Made by a program: the position numbers and the translations under genes. From IMG/VR virus record IMGVR_UViG_3300016472_000123, positions 1-25,245 of that record: a stretch of 25,245 nt of DNA. One strand, given 5' to 3'. Shown here one piece after another: positions 1 through 7,915 of this stretch. The notes beneath the pieces were generated by a model. That model searched no databases. It was not told the DNA's origin and was given only the letters and a program-made list of their open reading frames with translations. This DNA comes from a virus. Its lineage: Duplodnaviria; Caudoviricetes. Each line of letters starts with the position of its first letter. The stretch's first letter is position 1.

Positions 1-2
1 TA

Positions 3-272
3 AACTGGGAATGGATCATCCGTGACCCTAAGCCACAAGACAGAGCAGGTTACCAGTGGAACTGGCAGCACGATACGCGAAGCTGGGTGGAGGGTGCTTG
101 GAACACCTATACAACCGAAATACAGCCTCTTGACACCAAGCAGATTGAGGTGATGTCTTCATCTCAAATAAACGTATTCACAACGTCTCAGATTGCATTA
201 ATGCCTACAGATGGAATGTATACATGGGATGAGGCAACAACAAGTTGGGTACAAGTAATATTGCCACAATAG
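3..272 (+). CDS. 5'-truncated small Trp-rich phage protein, possibly a virion or fibre accessory
   Basis: Frame is open from base 3 (NWEWIIRDPKPQDRAGYQWNWQHDTRSWVE...MPTDGMYTWDEATTSWVQVILPQ); the track's GTG at 87 is internal. Confidence 0.7.
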   Translation, partial: NWEWIIRDPKPQDRAGYQWNWQHDTRSWVEGAWNTYTTEIQPLDTKQIEVMSSSQINVFTTSQIALMPTDGMYTWDEATTSWVQVILPQ

Positions 273-289
273 TGTTTGTAAGATAATAT
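261..289 (+). promoter_or_regulatory. Putative sigma70-like promoter upstream of scaffold/coat
   Basis: TTGCCA (261-266), 17-nt spacer, TAATAT (284-289) in AT-rich DNA. Confidence 0.45.
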
Positions 290-340
290 AGGTTATCAAT
301 GTATCGGCCCACTAGACCGAGACTCTAACGAGTTGGATGT

Positions 341-1135
341 ATGACTGAACAAATTCAAGAAAACTTAGCGGAAGTTGAAACCGCGCCAGCACCCGAGGTG
401 ACGGCCACCACGGAGATTGCACAAAATGCGCCGGAGGTCGCTGAACAAGCGCCAGAGCAGCCTGAGGAAAAGCGATTTACCCAGGCTGAACTTGACGCGA
501 TGATCAGCAAACGCCTTGCGAGAGAGCAGCGTAAATGGGAACGGGAACAAAAGCTGCGGGGGTCTACTTCCGTAACGCCGTTAGATGAATCATTAACTCA
601 AGATAATTTTGCGACAACTGAGGAATACGCGGAAGCGTTAGCCGAAAGAAAAGCCGTAGAATTACTTGCACGACGTGATGCAGAAAGACAGCGGGCTGAA
701 ATTCTTGAGGTCTATCACGAGCGCGAAGAAGAAGCACGGACTAAGTACGAAGATTTTGAGCAAGTTGCGTACAACCCGCGTCTTCCAATCACAACAGTGA
801 TGGCCGAAACGATTCAAGCGTCTGACATTGGCCCTGAGGTAGCGTATTACTTAGGTTCTAATCCGAAAGAAGCTGATCGTATTGCCAAGTTGTCTCCTTT
901 TTTGCAGGCCAAAGAGATTGGGAAGATTGAAGCTAAATTAAGCGAAAATCCTCCTGTTAAGAAATCATCGAGCGCCCCAGCGCCGATTCAGCCGGTTACC
1001 CCACGGGGTGGCAACGCAAGAGTTTTAGACACGACTGACCCACGTTCGATTAAAGAGATGTCAACGTCAGAGTGGATTGAAGCCGAGCGTCAACGGCAGA
1101 TAAAGAAATGGGAAGCTCAAAACCGTATCCGCTAA
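341..1135 (+). CDS. Capsid scaffolding protein
   Basis: Acidic Ala/Pro/Glu N-terminus, helical coiled-coil middle, basic C-terminus; immediately upstream of the coat gene, as with P22 gene 8. Confidence 0.8.
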   Translation: MTEQIQENLAEVETAPAPEVTATTEIAQNAPEVAEQAPEQPEEKRFTQAELDAMISKRLAREQRKWEREQKLRGSTSVTPLDESLTQDNFATTEEYAEALAERKAVELLARRDAERQRAEILEVYHEREEEARTKYEDFEQVAYNPRLPITTVMAETIQASDIGPEVAYYLGSNPKEADRIAKLSPFLQAKEIGKIEAKLSENPPVKKSSSAPAPIQPVTPRGGNARVLDTTDPRSIKEMSTSEWIEAERQRQIKKWEAQNRIR

Positions 1136-1154
1136 TTTTTTATAAGGAATTGTC

Positions 1155-2363
1155 ATGGCAAATAGTTTATTAACCATTGACATGATTACTCGCAAGGCAC
1201 TTGAAATCCTTGAGAATAATCTTGTCTTGACCCGCAACGTAAACCGTCAGTACGACGATAGCTTTGCTGTCGAAGGTGCTAAGATTGGTTCAACCTTGCG
1301 TATCCGTTTACCGGATCGCGCACTTGTTACTGATGGAGCTGCTCTGCAAGTTCAGTCAGATAACGAGCAATTCACCACATTGACTGTTGCTTCACAAAAG
1401 CACATCGGCGTTAACTTTACTTCTGCTGAGTTGACCTTGCAGTTGGATGACTTTGCAGAGCGCGTTCTTAAGCCGCGTATTAGCCAACTTGCATCAAGCA
1501 TCGATGCAGACGTTGCTAATTCGTATCTGTATGTTGGCAACACGGTTGGTACGCCTGGCACAACGCCTGGCACATCGTTGGTTCTGTTGCAAGCTCAGCA
1601 GAAACTGAACGAGAACGCTGCTGTGATGTCGCCCCGTTACGCTACGGTTAATCCCGCTGCTAACGCTGGTTTAGTTGAGGGTATGAAAGGTTTGTTTAAC
1701 CCCACCGATACGATCAGCAAGCAGTTTAGAAACGGCATGATGGGCATGGGCGTACTTGGCTTTGATGAGATCAACATGTCTCAGTCGATCAAGCAGTTCA
1801 CGACCGGCTCGCGTACGGCTACCGGCGGCACAACTTCTGCGGCTGTTACTAGCGAAGGTGCAACCACCATTGCTATTACCGGCGCAGGCGCTAGCGCAAC
1901 GGTTAAGGCTGGCGACGTGTTTACCGTGGCTGACTGCTATGCTGTTAACCCACAGACCCGTGAGTCAACTGGTTCGCTGTTCCAGTTCGTTGTAACGGTT
2001 GATGTGACGCTTAACGGTTCTGGCGCAGGTAACTTGACGGTTGCTCCGATGTACTCGGCTAGCAACGCGCTTGCAACGGTTAACAGCTTGCCGGCAACCA
2101 GCAAGGCTGTAACGTTTGTTGGTGCAACATCGTCGCAGTATCCACAAAACCTCGTCTACCATAAAGACGCAATCACTTTCGCTACTGCCGATCTGATGAT
2201 GCCGCAAGGTGTTGACATGGCATCGCGTCAGGTTCATAACGGCATCTCGATGCGTATTGTTCGCCAGTACGACATCAACAATGACCGTATGCCCTGCCGT
2301 ATTGACGTGTTGTACGGCTACAGTGTGATTCGTCCGCAAATGGCTGTTCGTCTTTGGGGCTGA
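1155..2363 (+). CDS. Major capsid protein, P22 coat (gp5) family
   Basis: 402 aa; MANSLLTIDMITRKAL..LENNL, KIGSTLRIRLP and C-terminal CRIDVLYG resemble P22-type coats; SD AAGGA. Confidence 0.92.
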   Translation: MANSLLTIDMITRKALEILENNLVLTRNVNRQYDDSFAVEGAKIGSTLRIRLPDRALVTDGAALQVQSDNEQFTTLTVASQKHIGVNFTSAELTLQLDDFAERVLKPRISQLASSIDADVANSYLYVGNTVGTPGTTPGTSLVLLQAQQKLNENAAVMSPRYATVNPAANAGLVEGMKGLFNPTDTISKQFRNGMMGMGVLGFDEINMSQSIKQFTTGSRTATGGTTSAAVTSEGATTIAITGAGASATVKAGDVFTVADCYAVNPQTRESTGSLFQFVVTVDVTLNGSGAGNLTVAPMYSASNALATVNSLPATSKAVTFVGATSSQYPQNLVYHKDAITFATADLMMPQGVDMASRQVHNGISMRIVRQYDINNDRMPCRIDVLYGYSVIRPQMAVRLWG

Positions 2364-2370
2364 TTGATTT

Positions 2371-2388
2371 AGGGGGCTTCGGCCCCCT
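2371..2388 (+). terminator. Stable hairpin after coat gene (weak terminator or mRNA 3' protector)
   Basis: AGGGGGC-TTCG-GCCCCCT with a C(UUCG)G tetraloop; the T-run is displaced about 10 nt downstream. Confidence 0.6.
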
Positions 2389-2417
2389 TACCAAATTATT
2401 TTTTGAAAGGATTTATC

Positions 2418-2819
2418 ATGGCAATCCCTAATGGCGCTGGCGGCTATCAATTTAATGATGGTAACGTCGGTGAAGCTCTTTTAATCGTTCAAGGCGCACC
2501 TACAGCAATCACCGCAGCGACTACAATGACTGCGGCTCAGCTTGCTAACGGTTTGTTTACGTTTGACGGCACGGCTGGTAACTTGACGTTGCCCACCGTT
2601 GCTTTGCTTGAAGCAGAAGTTTCTTCAGCAACCAAAGTAAATGCAGCTTTTGATTTCTACGTGATCAACATTGATGCCGCAGGTTCAGACACCGTAACAT
2701 TGGCTGTTGGAACTGGCTGGACAATTGTTGGTGCTGCTGCTGTAACTTCGGGTACATCAGGACATTTCCGTGCTCGTAAGACCGGCGATGGCACTTGGAC
2801 TTGCTACCGCGTGTCGTAA
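2418..2819 (+). CDS. Putative head decoration/minor capsid protein
   Basis: ATG at 2418 behind AAAGGA (preferred over TTG 2403); Ala/Gly/Thr-rich, 133 aa, directly after coat. Confidence 0.6.
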   Translation: MAIPNGAGGYQFNDGNVGEALLIVQGAPTAITAATTMTAAQLANGLFTFDGTAGNLTLPTVALLEAEVSSATKVNAAFDFYVINIDAAGSDTVTLAVGTGWTIVGAAAVTSGTSGHFRARKTGDGTWTCYRVS

Positions 2820-2821
2820 CC

Positions 2822-2848
2822 AATAGAGGGCTACGGCCCTCTATTTTT
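2822..2848 (+). terminator. Rho-independent terminator
   Basis: AATAGAGGGC-TACG-GCCCTCTATT 10-bp stem with a UNCG loop, running into TTTTT. Confidence 0.75.
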
Positions 2849-2860
2849 AAAGGATAAATT

Positions 2861-3322
2861 ATGCCTAATACCAAACCAATTGGCGTGGCGTATGAAGATC
2901 AAGCTATCAGCGGTGGCTCAGTAGACAACACGCCTATTGGCGCGTCTACTGCATCTACGGTTGTTGGTACGACCATTTACGCTTCATCAGAACTTGGCTA
3001 CACTGCCGCCGCACAAGGTACAGTAACGCAAGCTACTGACAAATCTACGGGCGTGACGCTTAACAAATCTTCTGGCCGTATTACGATGAACAATGCAGCT
3101 TTAGCTGCTAACACTGCTGTGACTTTTACTTTAACAAATAGTGTTATTTCTGTTAAAGATGCAATTATTGTTAACGTGTCTGGCGGTGCTACAGCTGCTG
3201 CGTATACAACTTATATCTCAAGCATGACCGCAGGGTCTGCCGATATCACGTTGCGTAATATGACCGGTGGTAGTTTGAGTGAAGCGGTTATTATTAATTT
3301 TGCGATTATTCACGGTGTTTAA
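2861..3322 (+). CDS. Putative virion structural protein (head fibre/decoration-like)
   Basis: SD AAAGGA; Thr/Ala/Ser-rich beta-type composition (GTVTQATDKSTGVTLNK.SGRIT); lies in head cluster. Confidence 0.6.
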   Translation: MPNTKPIGVAYEDQAISGGSVDNTPIGASTASTVVGTTIYASSELGYTAAAQGTVTQATDKSTGVTLNKSSGRITMNNAALAANTAVTFTLTNSVISVKDAIIVNVSGGATAAAYTTYISSMTAGSADITLRNMTGGSLSEAVIINFAIIHGV

Positions 3323-3326
3323 AGGC

Positions 3327-3347
3327 ACGGGGGTTAATCACCCCCGT
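3327..3347 (+). promoter_or_regulatory. Intergenic hairpin in the translation-initiation region of the 3355 ORF
   Basis: ACGGGGGT-TAATC-ACCCCCGT 8-bp stem, no U-tract. Confidence 0.55.
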
Positions 3348-3354
3348 TAAAATT

Positions 3355-3543
3355 ATGGCCGTCATTTATCTTCGCCATCCGGTACACGGCGCTAAAGTCG
3401 CAATTTCGCACATGGAAGTTGAGCACGACACACAAAACGGTTGGGAAGAATACGACCCTAATAATTTACATGATGGGTCTGAACCTGTTAATGAACTTCA
3501 ACCGCGCCGCCGCAGCCGTAAAACTTCGGAGGTTGAGCCATGA
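3355..3543 (+). CDS. Small hypothetical protein (62 aa)
   Basis: Fills the gap; stop overlaps next start (ATGA); basic C-terminus. Confidence 0.7.
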   Translation: MAVIYLRHPVHGAKVAISHMEVEHDTQNGWEEYDPNNLHDGSEPVNELQPRRRSRKTSEVEP

Positions 3544-4250
3544 CAACTGCTGCTGAAATCATCGATGGATCGCTTCGTCTTCTTGGTGTTTTAGCAGAAG
3601 GCGAAACGCCATCTGCTGCTGTCATGCAAGATTCGATCATGGCAATTAACCAAATGATTCAATCTTGGGATACAGAACGTTTATCCGTATTCAGCACGCA
3701 AGATCAAGTTTTTACGTGGCCTGCAAATGTTATATCGCGCACGCTTGGGCCTACTGGTGATTTTGTGGGTAACCGCCCTATTGAAATCGACGACGCAACT
3801 TACTTTAAAGACCCTTCATCAGGGTTGTCGTTTGGCGTCAAACTTATCAATCAGCAGCAGTACGACGGCATCGCGTTTAAAACAGTTACATCGACGTACC
3901 CGCAGGTTTTATGGGTCAACAATACGTTTCCCGACATAGAATTGTATGTTTACCCTGTACCTATTAAAGCCTTAGAGTGGCACATTATTTCGGTTGAAAC
4001 TTTAACTGAAGTGTCGAGTGTTGCTACTGATATGTATTTTCCGCCAGGCTATTTAAGAGCTTTCCGATATAACTTAGCGTGCGAGCTGGCTCCTGAGTTC
4101 GGCGTGGAACCATCGCCGCAAGTGCAACGTATTGCTATGACTAGCAAACGTAATCTGAAGCGCATTAACTTCCCCGGCGATTTGATGGCGATTCCATACC
4201 CGATTGTTGCAACCCGTCAACGGTACAACATCTACGCTAACAACTTTTAA
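3540..4250 (+). CDS. Head-to-tail adaptor, P22 gp4-like
   Basis: N-terminus TAAEIIDGSLRLLGVLAEGETPS..MQDSIMAINQMIQSW resembles P22 gp4; lies between coat and gp10-like gene. Confidence 0.75.
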   Translation: MTTAAEIIDGSLRLLGVLAEGETPSAAVMQDSIMAINQMIQSWDTERLSVFSTQDQVFTWPANVISRTLGPTGDFVGNRPIEIDDATYFKDPSSGLSFGVKLINQQQYDGIAFKTVTSTYPQVLWVNNTFPDIELYVYPVPIKALEWHIISVETLTEVSSVATDMYFPPGYLRAFRYNLACELAPEFGVEPSPQVQRIAMTSKRNLKRINFPGDLMAIPYPIVATRQRYNIYANNF

Positions 4251-5791
4251 TGAAAACCCCAATCCTTGGATCGACTTACGTTGCTCGTTCTGTCAACGCA
4301 GCCGATGCAAGGATGGTCAATTTGTTTCCAGAAGTTGTGCCGGAAGGCGGCAAAGAGCCTGCATTTCTTCAGCGCTGTCCTGGCCTACTCAATCTTGCTA
4401 CGATTGGAACCGGCCCTATCCGAGGGCTATGGTCGTTTTCGTCAGACAACACCTCCGCATTTGTTGTTTCAGGTAACAGCCTATACAAGATAAACACCAG
4501 CTACGCCGCCACGTTTTTAGGTAACGTAACGGGTACAGGGCCGGTCAGCATGTCTGATAACGGTATTCAACTGTTTATTGCGGCTAACGGCCCTAGCTAC
4601 ATCTACAACAATTCAACCAATGTGTTCGGCCAGATTACAGATCCTGATTTTCCCGGCGCGATAACGGTTGGTTACATTGACGGTTATTTTGTTTTCAATG
4701 AACCCAACAGCCAACGCATTTGGGTCACGCAGCTGCTAGACGGTACAGATATTGATCCGCTTGACTTTGCAAGCGCTGAAGGATCACCGGACGGCGTAGT
4801 GGGTTTGATTGTAGACCACCGTGAAGTTTGGGTGTACGGCACAAACAGCGTAGAAGTTTGGTACAACGCAGGCTCATTAGATTTTCCGTTGCAACGTATC
4901 CAAGGCGCGTTCAACGAAATTGGTTGCATTTCTGCATACACAATTGCCAAGATGGACAACGGGCTGTTTTGGCTTGGATCTGATGCTCGCGGACAAGGCA
5001 TTGTCTACCGCGCTAACGGTTACACCGGCCAACGCATCAGCACTCACGCGGTTGAGTGGCAAATTCAACAATACGGCAATCTTACTGACGCGCTTGCGTA
5101 CACCTACCAGCAAGACGGCCACAGCTTTTACGTGCTTATCTTCCCCAGCGCCAATACAACCTGGGTCTATGACGTTGCGACAGGCGCATGGCATGAGCGC
5201 GCTGGGTGGAATAACGGATCGTTTACGCGGCACCGCAGCAATTGCCAGATGGCGTTCAACAATAAAATCATTGTGGGCGACTATCAAAACGGCAACATTT
5301 ACGCGTTTGACCTTAACACTTACGCTGACAACGGTCAGATACAAAAGTGGCTGCGCTCATGGCGGGCGCTGCCAACCGGCCAAAACAATCTCAAACGCAC
5401 CGCGCAGTATTCGATGCAGATCGACATTGAGTCTGGCGTTGGTTTAAACGGCTATCCACGTACCGAAAACGTCTATTTCATCACTGAAACAGGCGGCAAC
5501 TATTTAGTGACAGAAACAGGTGACTACTTTATTGAAGAACAACAGCTTCCAGGCACGCAAGGCGCTGATCCTGAGGTCATGCTACGTTGGTCTGATGATG
5601 GTGGTCACACATGGTCTAACTACCGTACATCTTCGGTTGGAAAAATTGGTGAGTACGGTCACCGCGTTTGGTTTAGGCGCCTAGGGATGACCATGAAGTT
5701 GCGCGATAGGGTCTATGAGTTGTCAATGACCGACCCTGTAAAAACAGCGATTATGGGCGCGGAACTTCTCATAACGCCGACCAATGCTTAA
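4250..5791 (+). CDS. Tail hub/packaged DNA stabilization protein, P22 gp10-like
   Basis: 513 aa; FASAEGSPD, TYQQDGHSFYVL, TWVYD..T..WHER, MLRWSDDGGHTWS, RRLG motifs; TAATG coupling to upstream gene. Confidence 0.88.
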   Translation: MKTPILGSTYVARSVNAADARMVNLFPEVVPEGGKEPAFLQRCPGLLNLATIGTGPIRGLWSFSSDNTSAFVVSGNSLYKINTSYAATFLGNVTGTGPVSMSDNGIQLFIAANGPSYIYNNSTNVFGQITDPDFPGAITVGYIDGYFVFNEPNSQRIWVTQLLDGTDIDPLDFASAEGSPDGVVGLIVDHREVWVYGTNSVEVWYNAGSLDFPLQRIQGAFNEIGCISAYTIAKMDNGLFWLGSDARGQGIVYRANGYTGQRISTHAVEWQIQQYGNLTDALAYTYQQDGHSFYVLIFPSANTTWVYDVATGAWHERAGWNNGSFTRHRSNCQMAFNNKIIVGDYQNGNIYAFDLNTYADNGQIQKWLRSWRALPTGQNNLKRTAQYSMQIDIESGVGLNGYPRTENVYFITETGGNYLVTETGDYFIEEQQLPGTQGADPEVMLRWSDDGGHTWSNYRTSSVGKIGEYGHRVWFRRLGMTMKLRDRVYELSMTDPVKTAIMGAELLITPTNA

Positions 5792-7907
5792 CATCACTAA
5801 CATACCCGCGCCCCGCGTCAATATTATTGACGAAAAGACGGGCCTTATCTCGCGTGAATGGTACCGATTCTTTTTGAATCTGTTCACGTTGGTGGGGCAG
5901 GGCAACAACCAGACAAGTCTTGACGATCTTCAAGTTGGACCGCCCGCGCAAAACATCAACATATTAGTAGCGGGCAGCGCTACTGATCTAGCGCCTCCTG
6001 CCGTCACACCTATGTCAGTGGCAGACAATCAAGCGCTGCTACCACCGTTTGCCCAACAATCGTTTGATGATAGCCAAGCAGTTTCGCCGCCTTTTGTTGT
6101 GCCGTCTGCCGACGATAGCCAAGCGCTGCTACCTGCGGCTATGCAAATATTCGTTGATAACTACGCTAACTTATCGCCGCCAATCATCCCACCAGGACCA
6201 ACGTCTAACGGCACTGTGACTAGCGTTGATGTGTCTGGTGGCACAACAGGCATGACGTTTACGGGCGGGCCTATCACGTCTTCCGGCACTATCACAATGT
6301 CGGGTACGCTTGCTGTAGCTAACGGAGGTACAGGATCAACGACGCTAGATGGCGCAGGCATCGTAACTAAGACCGGCGCTCAAACTATTTCAGGTGCTAA
6401 AACTTTTACAAGCTACACCAATCAGTTTCTTGGCACCACCTATGCCACGTCAGATGGCGGTACAGGTTCCAACGCTTACTTTGGTGAAAACAGCGCTTAT
6501 GGCGTTGTAGCTGGCGTTAATGGTGTCGTGCTAGGTTCAGGGACAACTTATCCAGGATTTGGACGTCTTGTTGTAGATACAACAGGTATACGTCCTTTTA
6601 TTGATAACACATATAGTTGTGGAAACGTATCTTGGCGTTGGAGTAATGTAGCTACGTATGATTTATCAGTAAGTAACAGAATTACAAATGGCACATGGAA
6701 TGGCTCAACCATAACGACCGGCTATGGCGGTACAGGTGTCACATCAACGCCGTCTAACGGTCAACTGTTGATCGGCAACGGTTCTGGCTATTCGTTAGCC
6801 ACATTGACTGCTGGTTCTAACATCTCTATATCGAACGGCGCAGGATCAATCACGATAAACGCGTCGGGGTCCACAGGTGTAAGTTCAGTTGATGTTTCAG
6901 GCGGTACGACAGGATTAACAACGTCTGGCGGGCCTATTACGTCGTCTGGCACGATTACGCTTGGTGGTACGTTAAACGTCGCTAATGGTGGTACAGGTTT
7001 AACTAGCACGCCAAGCAATGGGCAGCTTGATATTGGTAATGGTAGTGGTTTTACTCGCACTACTTTAACGGCTGGTACCGGCGTCAGTATTTCTAATGGC
7101 TCCGGTTCCATTACTATTAATGCCACCAATAACGGAACAGTAACTAGCGTTGACGGTAGCGGTGGCTCAACGGGCTTAACACTTACCGGCGGTCCGATCA
7201 CTACATCAGGAACGTTGACGCTTGGTGGTACGCTTGCTGTAGCTAACGGTGGCACAGGCGCGTCGTCACTGGCGGGCGCTGGTATTGTCACAACAACCGG
7301 CACGCAAACCATCAGTGGTCAAAAGAGTTTTACTAGCTACACAAACACGTTTTTAGCTACCACTTACGCCACATCTGATGGTTCTTCATCTAGCAACGCT
7401 TATTTTGGTGAAAACGGGGCGTATGCTGTTGTAAGTGGTGTTAACGGTGTTGTGTTGGCTAGTGGCGCTTATCCTGGCTCAATAATTTTTGCGGGTGATA
7501 GCGGCACTTGGCGTTCCACTACAGATAACGTCCGCGCGCTAGGCACGGGGTTGTATAGATACACCGTGGTTTACGCAACCACAGGTACGATCAATACGTC
7601 AGACGCAAATCAAAAGCAGCAGATTAGAGACTTGTCAGACGCCGAGCAGCGCACAGCCCAACGGGTCAAAAAACTCATACGGGCGTTCAAATGGAACGAT
7701 GCAGTTGAGACTAAAGGCGAAGAAGCAAGGATTCACTTCGGTATCATAGCCCAAGACGTACAAGAAGCATTTGCTTTGGAAGGCTTAGATGCGTCAAAAT
7801 ACGGCTTATTTTGCAGCGACACATGGACTACCTCAGACGGCTCTTCACAAACGCGTTTAGGTGTGCGATACAGCGAATTGTTAGCCTTTATTATTGCCGC
7901 ACTTTAA
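5784..7907 (+). CDS. Tail needle/fibre protein with internal repeats and C-terminal intramolecular chaperone (peptidase S74-like)
   Basis: In the P22 gp26 slot; Gly/Thr/Ser repeats; C-terminal TSD..K..I, HFGIIAQDV, LGVRYSELLAFII. Confidence 0.82.
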   Translation: MLNITNIPAPRVNIIDEKTGLISREWYRFFLNLFTLVGQGNNQTSLDDLQVGPPAQNINILVAGSATDLAPPAVTPMSVADNQALLPPFAQQSFDDSQAVSPPFVVPSADDSQALLPAAMQIFVDNYANLSPPIIPPGPTSNGTVTSVDVSGGTTGMTFTGGPITSSGTITMSGTLAVANGGTGSTTLDGAGIVTKTGAQTISGAKTFTSYTNQFLGTTYATSDGGTGSNAYFGENSAYGVVAGVNGVVLGSGTTYPGFGRLVVDTTGIRPFIDNTYSCGNVSWRWSNVATYDLSVSNRITNGTWNGSTITTGYGGTGVTSTPSNGQLLIGNGSGYSLATLTAGSNISISNGAGSITINASGSTGVSSVDVSGGTTGLTTSGGPITSSGTITLGGTLNVANGGTGLTSTPSNGQLDIGNGSGFTRTTLTAGTGVSISNGSGSITINATNNGTVTSVDGSGGSTGLTLTGGPITTSGTLTLGGTLAVANGGTGASSLAGAGIVTTTGTQTISGQKSFTSYTNTFLATTYATSDGSSSSNAYFGENGAYAVVSGVNGVVLASGAYPGSIIFAGDSGTWRSTTDNVRALGTGLYRYTVVYATTGTINTSDANQKQQIRDLSDAEQRTAQRVKKLIRAFKWNDAVETKGEEARIHFGIIAQDVQEAFALEGLDASKYGLFCSDTWTTSDGSSQTRLGVRYSELLAFIIAAL
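6210..7467 (+). repeat. Internal coding repeats of the fibre gene
   Basis: 3x G.V(T/S)SVD.SGG.TG.T..GGPIT.SGT.T..GTL.VANGGTG; 2x TSTPSNGQL.IGNGSG...TLTAG..ISNG.GSITINA; 2x GAGIVT.TG.QTISG.K.FTSYTN...SNAYFGEN...GVNGVVL; identical 23-mer at 6303-6325 and 7227-7249. Confidence 0.9.
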
Positions 7908-7915
7908 GGAATATC

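Noticed and set aside
2340-2430. Frameshift or read-through extension of coat into the next gene
   Set aside because: Read-through meets TAG after two codons; one shifted frame stops at once and the other stops out of frame with the 2418 gene
6161-7312. Antisense ORFs with repeats in the fibre gene
   Set aside because: They mirror the Gly/Thr/Ser codon repeats of the sense gene
7811-7915. 35-aa N-terminal extension of the tailspike
   Set aside because: Overlaps the fibre gene; ATG 7916 has a clear SD and begins the conserved anchor domain
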